A stretch of 63,992 nt of DNA, filler included, from Streblomastix strix (lineage: Eukaryota): NCBI GenBank assembly GCA_008636045.1. It is 4 parts of 4 records of this genome, joined end to end, with 100 filler letters (N's around TTAATTAATTAA, not from the genome) between each part and the next. Parts side by side here need not be neighbours in the genome. Positions count along the whole stretch, not along the records: positions 16,305 to 32,504 come from SNRW01000860.1; positions 32,605 to 48,801 come from SNRW01000861.1; 2 more parts are not named here. The stretch is one strand, 5' to 3'. Shown here piece by piece: positions 26,958 to 38,954 of this stretch (positions within the stretch are counted from its first letter, which is position 1; the number at the start of each line of letters is the position of its first letter). The notes beneath the pieces were generated by a model. The model saw nothing but the letters and a program-made list of their open reading frames with translations, was not told the DNA's origin and made no database searches. Both the position numbers and the translations under genes were made by a program.

Positions 26958-28944
26958 TCATTGTGGTTAAATAAATGCTTTTGCAAGCTCTTCAACAACA
27001 TCAATATTTAGTACTTATGGCTTTGAACTATCATCAAATATAATTCTAACAAACGCATCACACACTTAATGCATCATTGGAGTAATAGATGCATTATTTG
27101 GATCAGAATATGCTCTTGTTCCAATGAATTATTTGAAATCATTTTAGATCTATGATGGACTTATATTAGTTGTATCAATAATTCCTTTAGTCAAACTTCC
27201 TTACAAAATCATTAATACATTAGTTCTAGAACCTATCTTTGAAGAGTTACATCCTCGCATAAATGAATCATCTGTAGCCAATTTCCATGCAAGCATATAT
27301 TTATTTGGATAAAGTGTTCTAATAGCTTAACTTCCACGATACAAAGTTGTTAAATAGAATAGATCAGATGTTTTATATAAATTGTCATTATCTACCCTTA
27401 TAGAAATGGCTTTTATCATAAAAATTCAAATTTTCAAATATAAGTGAATGATACAGATCTGATCGTGCACTAACAACATCTTAATCAACGAAGCAGTCAA
27501 ACATTTATCCATTAGTTGCTTAATTCAATGATTTATATAGTTATGGGATAATATTATTCTAATCAATGACCAGATTAAGTCCTGGGAATAATCCTGGGAA
27601 AAACCATGTTGGATATTAGGGCATAGCAAATGTCATAAATAATGCATTTATGTTAGAGAATGGCATAATGCTTTACATAGATCCACTATTTTTATCAAAT
27701 CAACTAAATTGAAAGTTTGATGATTATGTTACAAATACTTATGTAGGAAAGTTAATTATTTTTTGTTATTGAATCACATTAATTACTGTATCTTCATTTT
27801 AATTATTGAAACATACGTTCTATATCTCCAAAACATCGAATTTAGCTTTCTAAATTTAACTAATTGAATTTTGTAGTATCTTATCACCAATAGTCGCATT
27901 TTACATATTTACAATTCTTATATTATATCTCTGATATTCAAGAGTCATATTTACTTCTCCTCTTTCAGTTAAAAGATAAACAATATCAGGTTTCTCAGGA
28001 GAAATCATATGATAAGCTAAATGATTATTTTATACTGTATCATTTTTATTAAGCCAAACAACCTTCAAATCTTATAGCAAATGTTATATCCATAATTATA
28101 GATGTAATGTTGCATAATTACGAATAAGAACAGGAAATGAATTAAATATAGGATTTAATTAGTTAAGTTCAAGTACTCCACCAAATGTAATATCGTTAGG
28201 AATTTTATAATAGAATGGTGTTGCTGTAGTTTAAACAGTTGCTTATATATCAATTTCACAAAGTGATATATCAATAAATACTCCACAATGAAATTTTCCT
28301 TCAATTATACTTTCAAAAGGTGTAACTCAAACGCTATTTTTAGTGTAAAAATCATTAAAAGAACTTCCACCAGTTACCGCTTATTTTCATGCATACACTG
28401 CAGATACACATAGCGCTGTTGCATCTTTTATTAGTTAGAAGTAATATGATGGTCAGCACGCGGTTTAGAAACCAATCCAAAATTATAGATGTTCTGATGA
28501 TTTAATCCCTACAACTGATTTACTATAATATTTTTATATAGCTTATGACATATTTGTAGTCCAATCAGCTGTTGGATCTTCTTTGCCATTGAAATTAGTT
28601 CGTGTGTTTTGTTTTGCTGTAGTATCCCATCCTGTAGCTGTTTCATTTAATTATATCGCTAAAATGTTTGCAGATATTGTGAATGTCCAATTTACTTAAC
28701 AAGTTTATATCAATAAACATGCAAATTTACCTCTTGCTCCTAATGGTGCTCTAGTATATTTAACTCCACTGGACGTAAGTTCAGTAATAGGAGAATCGAA
28801 GAAATTTTGCTTTGATAGTTCAAATGATAGTGGATGAATAGATATTGTTTCTAGAACTTCTCCAAGTTATATATATATACTAACTTAATCGGAATGTGCT
28901 ATTTTCGATAATTGTCCAAGATAATCACTAGATATGAATGACAT
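26958..28944 (-). pseudogene. Putative major capsid protein (double jelly-roll?), ~660 codons
   Basis: MSFISSDYLGQLSKIAHSDQV..NWTFTISANIL..FWIGFQTA..HCGVFIDI..FMTFAMPQYPTWF..YMLAWKLATDDSFMRG..TPMMHQVCDAFVRIIFDD. The capsid call is inferred from size, beta-strand patterning and context. Internal TGA (e.g. 27700-27702) and a frameshift near 27380. Confidence 0.5.
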
Positions 28945-28963
28945 TTCAATAAAACAAAAATTA

Positions 28964-29238
28964 ATGAACTAAAATCCAAGACTAAGCTTCGTTAAGAGAT
29001 GGTTATGTTAAAAGTTTTTATAATAAATCAAATGGGTTTGTTCACTGGAATTGTAAATTTTGGGTCAAAAATATTAGATGATGTTAAGAAAGCAGCTTAA
29101 TGGGTTGCACCAGCATTGCATAAAGTTTTGTTAACAATATCAGGTCCTGTTGGAATGATTCATCTATGAATTGGAGGAGCATTAGGTGCAGGAGCTAACC
29201 TTACAGGTGCTGTTGATAGATTAGTTAATAAACACTGA
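28964..29238 (+). pseudogene. Small Gly/Ala-rich amphipathic-helix protein
   Basis: From 29032: MGLFTGIVNFGSKILDDVKKAAQWVAPALHKVLLTISGPVGMIHL*IGGALGAGANLTGAVDRLVNKH*. An upstream ATG at 28964 is in another frame. Confidence 0.6.
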
Positions 29239-29294
29239 GCATTTATGCCCGCCAACAAAATTGGTAATAATAATCAATTTATTTTTATTGAAAC

Positions 29295-31432
29295 ATGAAT
29301 AATACATTATCCCAACAATTAATCTGTTAAGTTAGATAGTTAATCACTAATAATATAGCATATTATATTCAATATTAGAAACGAGGTAACTCTAGTGGTG
29401 AAATGATGTCAAATGAAGAGTATTAAATATTCATCGATAATAACAAATCATTAGTTTACGTCACTAATATTTAAATCGTTGATGGAATGGGATCAGATTT
29501 TGCACTATAAATAGAACCTAATGAATTGCTAGCGATAAAGAATTTGAAAGTGATTAATTTTGAGTTTGTTGCATAGATTAATTAGTTGATTAATTAAGTG
29601 AATTTACTACAACAATCAATTGGGACAACTGAATAGGATATTACTGATATAAAGAATGATTTTGATACCATTAATCAATAATTATCACGATAAACACATT
29701 TCCGAGGATATTATTTATTGAATAGAGATCTATAAAATTTACCTAATTCCGCTAATGGTGATTTTTCATTTAGTACTGAAAGCGGAACAGTAAGGATGTA
29801 TGAATAAAATTGGTATAATGGTGGAGATATAGTTCCAGATCAAGTAACGCCTGCAAGTGATGCCACTCCATTAGCTGATGGTACTGCAACTGCAGGAATT
29901 AGCACAGAATATTCACGTGGAGATCATGTTCATCCACTAAACGTAACAACTACCATACCGATTAGCGATTCTGCTAGTGGTTCAGTTGGTACAACTAACT
30001 ATTATGCAAGAAACGATCACTCTCATCCACTCAATATAACAAATTCAATACCTCCACAAGATAGTGCCAGTGGATCAGTTGGTACAACTAACTATTATGC
30101 CAGAAACGACCATTCTCATCCAATTAATGATGAAATTAATGCTTCAAATATCCCAATCGTTAATGGTGTTGGTGCTAATGGAACTTCAGCTTTTTACGCT
30201 AGACACGATCATGTTCATCCATATCAATTAACTAATGATGAAAGTGTAACTGTGACTAAATTTATTAAAACTGGTGGAACAAATAATGATTTATAATTAG
30301 CGGAAGGAACAACTAAATAAATAACAGATTTCAACTCAAGTATTGCATCAGTCATTTAATAAATCAATCCTCATGATGGTATACATTGGTAATGCCTTGC
30401 TGTATTAACAATACCTGATTATAAATCTGTTTGGTCATTCGGATGTACAATTGATATTAATAATTTTTTTATCATGATTTATTTTATCAGCTTAAGTAGA
30501 ATCTTAGAATATAGCTCGGATTTTCTAAGTAATTTATTGCTACACAATTTGGTTCAATAAAAATAGATTTTATGGTATGAGCTGATTTTCCTGAAACATC
30601 ACTTATTTTGAGATTCTACATGAAATCAAATCACATATCCTATTATAAGATTTGGACCATTAATTTATCATAATTTGCTGATGCTGCTGTTCGTGACAAT
30701 TTTGTACTATAAGATAATATAAATTAATATAATATAACTACTTATACATTACCATCTGGTTCATAATTTGCAGGTACCACTATATAAAATAAATTCACTA
30801 ACAATGGTGGTACAATTAATGGTAGTATTTAAATAAATCCTACAGCAACTAGTTATGATGATGGTTTGAGAATATCCAGATCTGAAACAGATACAGATAA
30901 TTCATCGATTTAGTTAAGATGGAGTTGATCATATAACACAGAACTTACTGAAGGATAATGAGCAATATTTACACCATCAAATACGGCAATAATTAATTTT
31001 TATGGTTTATTAATTGCAGTGGCATCTTAAGCTGGCGATAATACAGGAGGATTATAAATATGCACAGATGTAAAAAAATTAACATTTAATGGTAATGGAT
31101 TCGTTGATTTACCAATTGATTAAACAATAAAAGGAATGAAATCATTCGAAAAATTAATATAAGTAATTCCAACATCAGATGGAGCATATAACGAAGCGAT
31201 ACGAATAAGTAGGCCAACAAAAAACTAATGGAGTAATATATAATTTGGTTGTGATCCATATTCAAATTCTGGGTCTTTTGATAATAAATGGTCTATAGGA
31301 ACTTCTGGAAATGATGCTGCAAATCGTCTCGGTTTTGTCATCGTAAAGGCAGGATAAGTAGGTTCATCTAATAGAGGATTATAAATAACCGCTGATGGAA
31401 ACACATTATCTTTCAATGGACGGGTTCTTTGA
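29295..31432 (+). pseudogene. Phage-tail-fibre-like protein with RxDHxHP repeats
   Basis: N-terminal coiled coil; four Y(S/A)RxDH(V/S)HP repeats at 29910, 30003, 30096 and 30195; FIKTGGT; DQTIKGMKSF; two tandem C-terminal modules (xxRISR..GLQIxxD..L(T/S)FNG). Stops and a frameshift in the 3' half. Confidence 0.7.
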
Positions 31433-31879
31433 TTATACTTTATTTTTGAAATAAATGGAAAAGCTGTAACATAATCGATAAAACAATTGTTCAATGAATT
31501 AATTAAATAGCATTTTTAAGATAATAATACAATTAAATATACAATAGAAGCATTATAAAATTTGTTAAAGAATGATGCAAAAGCATCAATCCATCCATTA
31601 CTCTAAGAATTAATGAGAATCAATAAAATGTTCACTAATTATTAACAATAATTACAAAATATAAAGAAAATAGTAGATGAGAAAGATTATTAAAATAAAT
31701 TATTTAATGAATAGGATAAATACTTCAAAAATATATATCTATTAATTAAAAAGTTAATAAATCTAAACTATTAACTATAATAAATAAACAAATACATTAT
31801 TTCTGATGCTATTGAAGAAGAGAAATAGATTTACAAATAATTTCTGAATGATGAGTAATGCAGTAACTGTGTCAGATAC

Positions 31880-32504
31880 TATTCTCTTCAGAAGATACCT
31901 CTTAATGGGGAAAAATTTAATCTAAAATAATTTGATTATTTACATATTAGATATTTTCGATTATATATTTATTTTTATCTTACATTGGATTGTGAGAACA
32001 AAAGCTAAAATGTTATAACATCATATTATATCTACTTTTATCATTTTAATCTAATTCAATCATAAATTTCCATGGAATTACAGTATTCGTGTTAAGTGCT
32101 TAAAATATTTTGAATATCTCATAATCAGACGCATCATATTTATCTCCAATTGTTTTTGCTAAACTATATATATCATCCACTTAATTTATTTCAAATAATT
32201 TATTTTATGAGTTATTTAACATTATAAGAGACAAGATATATCTCCAATGAGTTGCCAATTCCAAATCTTCATTTGATATTGCTTCGTTCAGAAACGTTTC
32301 GATTTATTCTACAGATAATTATGGCCAATGTATTCTTGGTTAATTTTTATCCATATTTCTTTTGTAAAAGAATTGTATAATACAAATTGTTATATTTAAT
32401 GGAACCAATTCTATATCAAAATAACTCCTTAATGTTTTTACTACATTAACTGTATCCATTAATTTATCAGGAATTGATACAGATATAATTGATGTTACAA
32501 AAAT
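31880..32504 (-). pseudogene. Hypothetical protein of the element (5'-truncated)
   Basis: Long open frame ..IPDKLMDTVNVVKTLRSYFDIELVPL..PRIHWPQLSVEQIETFLNEAI..; no family recognised. Confidence 0.45.
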
Positions 32505-32604
32505 NNNNNNNNNNNNNNNNNNNNNNNNNNNNNNNNNNNNNNNNNNNNTTAATTAATTAANNNNNNNNNNNNNNNNNNNNNNNNNNNNNNNNNNNNNNNN
32601 NNNN
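32505..32604. other. Artificial contig linker
   Basis: 44 N + TTAATTAATTAA + 44 N. Confidence 0.98.
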
Positions 32605-33690
32605 GACCATAATCAACTTTGAATAGTGAGGCAATATGTTTTAATAATGCAATTAACGAGTATGTATAAAAATTATAGAATAATATGTTCTCATTAAACT
32701 ATAATTATGGATAAAATTTTGTGTTTATGCCAAACATATTAAATTAATATATTAACTTTTGAATTGATGCATTTCTCTATCACTACTGGATTTTAGATAC
32801 TACAGTTAATGAGCTATATCGAATGATTAGATTAATACGATTATATTGCCCAACATCAAATAACTTCATAACATCAATCGAACCTAAATATTTTACATAA
32901 GGGAATGGATTATCAATAAGGTGCCTATTTGTTAAGTAAATTGACATAAATCCTAATGTAACATTTACAACAACTGATCTATAAACAGTGAATGTACAAT
33001 AATAATCAATGTAATAAATCATTAATAATATTAACACGTTTCCAGTTAGAATTATCAAATAACTATTTGCATTATTTATAGGTGAACGGCAAAATATTTA
33101 TACAGCAGTTGGACGAACTAACTGTTATGGATAATTCATTCCACAATTTGTGATTGATTACTGTTAATAAAACAAAACTTATTGATTTTCTATTCGTATG
33201 TTATTATCTCCAAAACTATACGAATATTTAGTTGATGCATAAGATCTATATGTGGATAGAACGAGTATGGAGCCAATTAATTGGTTATTTTATTATAAGC
33301 TATTAAGTAAATTGATCTTGTAGTATGCTTTTATTAAATTAAACATGATGGTCAAAGTTACGAAGTTGATCTTCCAATATTCTGCCCATATATCGGGAAT
33401 TTTCTGGAATATTCAAAAATGTTGATAATTTGTGTGTCTAATAAATTATAAGGAATAACTCTTAAATAAACAGTTGGTTACGGATTCTTTAACTTATGCT
33501 TTAAATAGAATTTAGTTGATGCACCAGTATTATTGGGATAGAATATGATGAGTCAGTAATGTCTTGTAGGATAGAACAAATCGATGGTTTTAAATTATAT
33601 GATAACTTTGGAAGAAAAGTACCAATGTAATACATGGATATGAGTAATAATTTATTTCTCGAGATATAATTTTAAAGATCAGTCTAAATT
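32605..33690 (+). pseudogene. Putative minor capsid (penton-like) protein, 5'-truncated and frameshifted
   Basis: C-terminal EQIDGFKLYDNFGRKVPMQYMDMSNNLFLEIQF (~33574-33672) resembles the hxhxDxxGxxh...hxhxh tail of Polinton/PLV pentons. It lies directly upstream of a pPolB. Confidence 0.45.
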
Positions 33691-33809
33691 AGTTATATCT
33701 ATTTTGATCTAAACGTCCTATCTGAAGAAAACCTAGCAAATCAAACTATTCAAAATCAATAACAAAAACATTGAAAAAACATTAAAAATAAATTAACTTA
33801 AAGACTAAC

Positions 33810-36650
33810 TCAATGAATATATAGACAAAATTAATTGAAAAAAGAGAGGAAGAAATAATTTTAGTGAATTAAAATACATATAAAATAAATTCATAATTAT
33901 AAGACGTATGTTGTTAAAGCAAAATAAGTGATTAATTATTTTTAAATTGAATCAACATGATTAAGATTTTAAAGAATATCGTAGAAAATAAATAGTAACA
34001 ATAAGCTGATATATATTGGGATGATATATAAATTGAATCGATAATTACATTAAGATTTAACTGATTATCATTCAAATTAATATGAATAAGATTTATAAGA
34101 ATATCGTAGAGAATAATCGTAATAATAAGCTAATGAATTCTGGACTGATTATGTCATTAAAGAACAGGATCCAGTCTATAGAATAATGAATATTGAATAT
34201 GAAGTGAATATTCAATACTAAATAATTGCTAATCAAAATATAGAGATTAATGATTAAATTTTATTGTACGATGGACAGAATGTTTAATGAAATATAAATT
34301 GATGCAGGTATTTTATTATATTTTCTTCTTAAGAGTATGGAACAGTTTATTGCTACAGTTAGAACAGCAAGAAAAGGTTTTGATCTTAAACGTACAATCG
34401 ATTAAATTGAAGCTGAAAGAATATTTAGCAAATTACATTACGATAATGATATTTAGTCATTGACAGAGATTGCAGAGTTTGTTAATGAAGTTTATAAAGA
34501 ATTACACCAATAAGCATTCAAGATTCAATTCAATTTTTGAGTCATTTACGAAGAAAATAAGTACGATTAATATGATTTCGTTTACGTTGATTATGAATAT
34601 ATGTTACCTACAGATACTTGTATACAAGAATATACTCCTAAAGTTATATAATTAGAAGATGATAATGATGAATATGATCAATACATTAAATCTGAGACAA
34701 TAAATATATAGAACTATACATTAGATAGTACATTGTAACGATATATAGCTATCTATTCAATGATGATTAATACAATTAATCTTTACCCATAAATTGTTGG
34801 CGCTAGTATGAAAGAATTAATCGATTTTCATTGTATTGGTCGCAAAAAAGTTATATATAAAAATACAGTAAATAATAATAATTGTTATATTGAAGCAATA
34901 ATAAAAGCATTACATCCTTACACGAAAGAGAAACATTATAAAAGGGAATCAATTATAAACATTAATAGAGAGTATTTAGTTTAAGTATTAGAACAACCAT
35001 TCAATTCAAAGAGTAGAAAAATGACAGATTTATTGAAGACTTTTGATGGATTAGATATAATTAAATACGTTAATATAGTATCATAAAAGTTAAAAGGTAA
35101 CTAAGAAATTTAATATTACGATAATGAACATAAGAGTTATTATAGAGGACTAAAGATAAGGTATTAATGTGAAAACAAAAATGAAAAATAAAAGAGTATT
35201 AAGACTATCGATATATTAGTTGTTGAATCGATTTAGGAAGGAAATAAGATATCACATGCATTTGCAATAGCTAATAAATATGCATTAACTGGATTGAAAT
35301 TTATCCATATTGTAACTCAAAAGCATTCGATCCTAAAGATAATAATTACTTAAGAGACTATGAGAAACACATTATAAAATGTGAAAATAAAGAAGAAAAA
35401 ATTGTTAAGAAAGTTAAATTAGATTATATATAATAACCTTTTGTTCTACATATTATGTAGAATAAAACTTACCAATATCTATTAACAAATGGAAGATAAC
35501 ATGAATTTAAACCTACGCAATACTTTATCATATACGATCTTGAAATAGTTCCTAAAATCGTTAATAAAAAGTTCAATAACCAAGCTATTAAATGTATGAA
35601 CTTTTTCCTTTATCAATTGCAACAACTATTCGTAACAAATAAGGAATTAAGAAAATCTTCTTTAGCTACTAAAATGGAAATGATTTTATAATTTAATGGT
35701 TAAATTAGTTATTTTAGGAAGCTGAGTAAGTTAATGCTGATAGTCAATACATTACTGACTCACACTATTGATGAAACAATTCCTTATTCAATCGAAGTAC
35801 CAATAGTAAGATTCAATAGCTCAAGATTTGATATATCATTAATCATATCATAAATGTAATGTAAAGATTGGACAATCAGTAATTATATTGGTAGCCCTAC
35901 AATAGCAAAACAAGTAATTGTACATCATAAGAAATTGAATTTGAAAGTGAAATTTGTTGATATGTTAACATATCTTTAACCGATGGAATTAAAGTAAGCA
36001 GCAAAAGATTTTAGAGATGGATACGATGATAAGAAAGGAATATTTCCTTATGAAACTTTCAACACTGATAACGTTAATGAAGTACTTAGTAAATCAGAGC
36101 CATTTTCAATGGAAGATTTCAATTCATCATTAAAGAAGACAAAAATTAGTTAGTAGGATTACTAAATTTATCTTGAAGATGCAAAACGATTTAAAAATAG
36201 ATGGGACTATTTACAGTACTATAACGAATAAGATACTTACATAATGATCAAACCATTAATGACTCTAATTAGCTTACAATTTAAATATAAGATTGATATG
36301 TTTAGCTTCATGAGTATGGCTGCATGCTCTAATGCTATCAAATATGCTAAAGCCTATGAGGATTTTGATATTAATGGTGTATATCCTAATTTTGAAGATT
36401 TATCATAGAAATTTTACTTAACAGAGAACTATTGGTAGAGTAAAGTGCGTGGATATCAAGTCTAAGATAAACATTAAAGATGAGATACAACAAATAACGT
36501 TTAAGATAAGGATTTCGATTATTTCAATCAATTATTCAAAGTTTCTAATTGCAGCATTTGTGGACGCAAAATAAAGATTTGGAAATCATTAATTATGCTG
36601 ATAGCTCTTCAATAGCTAAGTTAGTAATTATATATCATAAAAAATTAAAT
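33810..36650 (+). pseudogene. Second protein-primed PolB: N-terminal and exonuclease part only, truncated
   Basis: AFKIQFNF, NNNCYIEAIIKALHP (~34873), PYC..EKHIIKC zinc finger, ExoI YFIIYDLE (35521), ExoII FNSSRFD (~35812), KKGIFPYE (36031), ExoIII YYNEQD (~36217). It breaks at CSICG (~36550-36565). The start is uncertain. Confidence 0.85.
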
Positions 36651-37139
36651 TTTTTCTGCAATTTTCTTAATAATGCTTCTCAATAAATCAAATATTTCTG
36701 GTTTGCAATCAAATTTAAATAATATTTAATCATATGATCTTTATATTCATTTATATAATAACATGTTGTAATCAATTCTAATGTCAAAACTGAAATTTTT
36801 TTTGAAGTTAGAAGAACTTATTAGTATTATGATGAAATGGATAATAAAGCTTTTCAAATTGGTCGTTTTCAAGAACCAGCTGTTATTTTATTGATCAAGA
36901 ATTTCGTAATACAACAAAATATATGAGCATATTAAAATAAAAATTCTTAAAAATAAATTACGTTTCAAGATTAGTGAATTCATTTGTCTTTAAAGAATTA
37001 TAGTATGTTATCTTGAATGATGATAGTATAATATTTAACTAATTAATTTATCTTTCACTGAATGCCTATGTACTACTATAGCTAAAAAAATATAAAATAA
37101 ATAATAAATATTAATTATTATTAAATAAATAAAATAAAT

Positions 37140-38422
37140 ATTAATACATCAACTATCTTTATCAGTTATTCAATCACTGGTAAGCATTATTCCTCTTTCT
37201 GATTAACAATGAAGAATGACAAGGTCAGAGTTATAATCATTTAATAAGAAATATAAATTAAAAATAAATTAAATAAATAACAATAAAAATAATTAATCAA
37301 ATTAAATATTTAATTTAGTTAAAAATTAATATCAATAAATAATTGAAATATAAATAAAAAATTAATAATAAAAATAATTGATCAAAATATATATTTAATT
37401 GAATTAAAAATTAATATTCAATTTATATTAGAATATATATTTATACTTCACTTATCTTCTCTCTCAATGGTTTGATGGCATTAAGTACTTTCTTCTTCTT
37501 TCCAATCCCTTTAATCAAAACTGATCCCGCTTTAATTCCAATTAATTTCATCTCAATATATAAGTTATATAAATAATTAATTTCATATTAATAAAATACA
37601 TTTATTCTTAAAAAGGATTAAATAATAACTATATAATTTTTATTAATATTTATCATTATTAAATTTATAGAAATATTTTATCGGATTCTTCACCACTCAA
37701 TGCTTTAACAATCGTTTATAATACTCCATTAATATATTCATCATTTAATAGTTTTGAATGAATCCCCAATAGTTCAGTCATTATCATCATACTTCCTTCT
37801 TTGACTCTTTGTGTTGATTGTAAATTAACACATCCATTGTACAGAAATAGTCTCAATTCTTTCCATTTCGATCGATCTACAATTTAAAAATGAATAAATG
37901 AATAAAATAGTGAAAATAAATATTAATAATAAATATTTAGAAAATATATATAATAACTATTATAATATTATTTATATATATATGTGAAAAATAAAATGAA
38001 ATATATATAAAACCTAATTCAATCATCATTTCCATCAATTCAGCCAAACAATCAACAATTCTTTAATCGACTAAATCACTCCTAACTTCTTAACTGGATC
38101 CAAATAGTTCTAATAATTATGATTATAATTGTTGTACTGTTGTCGCATTTATTCATGTGTTGAGTGATGCAATCTTAACTGTGTTGATTAACTTTGGTCG
38201 AAGCACAACAAGAGATGTTATTTTATATAATTAATTGTTTGACTGAAGAACCATTGCAAGAATCATTTAAACAAGAAAATATGCCGCATCACGTTCTAAT
38301 CTTAATATTTTTTAATCGGCCTCTTTAATTATATTTCTGTCAGGGTCACAAATAGACAAAATAATTTATTCAAATTCTGCTAGTTCTTCTGGCTCAATTT
38401 GTTGTTATTATGGAACAGTCAT
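37140..38422 (-). pseudogene. Importin-5/karyopherin-beta-like HEAT-repeat N-terminal fragment
   Basis: EFEQIILSICDPDRNIIKEAD..VVLR..QLLELF..RIVDCLAEL/..KWKELRLFL with GT-AG introns. In-frame TGA at 38153-38155, a likely Trp position. It decays downstream. Confidence 0.6.
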
Positions 38423-38954
38423 ATCTAAATGTAAGTAAAACATAAGTATAATACAAATAAAAAATATTTATAAAACATATATAAAATACAACACGATAAA
38501 AAAAATGTTTTTTAAAAATGATTTAAAAATTTCATCGTTGGTGAATATGAAATGGATTTATAATAGTTTAATTGCGATATGTGTATTTTTTCTAGTTATA
38601 ATCAACGAAAATAAATTAAGATGAATACTTTGATACTGTTAAATTTTACGATTCTTTTATCAGCTTATTGTTAATTTCGAATAATGTTCAAATATATTAA
38701 TTTTTACATATTTAATTATTTTATTTTAATTTTGGTTTATTTGTGTCGTTTAACATTGAAATGAAGCAATTGTGATTGATTGATACGATTGTAATGTTCT
38801 AAGGTATATATCAGTGCACTCAAAGAGAATAAATAAATAAAATGATGTGAAACTGAACTTTGATCGAATAGAATTCTTATTGTTATTATTTTTTCTATAT
38901 CTTATTTCAATTAATTTCATTATTTATTTAACTTTTTCAAAATTCTTCTTTATT

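Larger units (their letters stand above)
23550..32504. mobile_element. Decayed Polinton-like endogenous virus, structural gene module
   Basis: Intronless, tightly packed, divergent ORFs with scattered stops and frameshifts: putative MCP, two fibre-like genes, a small amphipathic protein and several hypotheticals. The left boundary is approximate and the right is cut by the contig end. Confidence 0.7.

Noticed and set aside
32400..32700. Apparent continuous virus: fibre/MCP cluster followed by penton and pPolB
   Set aside because: The two parts are separated by an artificial linker. The contigs are 16200 and 16197 bp and look length-sorted, so the adjacency is not biological evidence.
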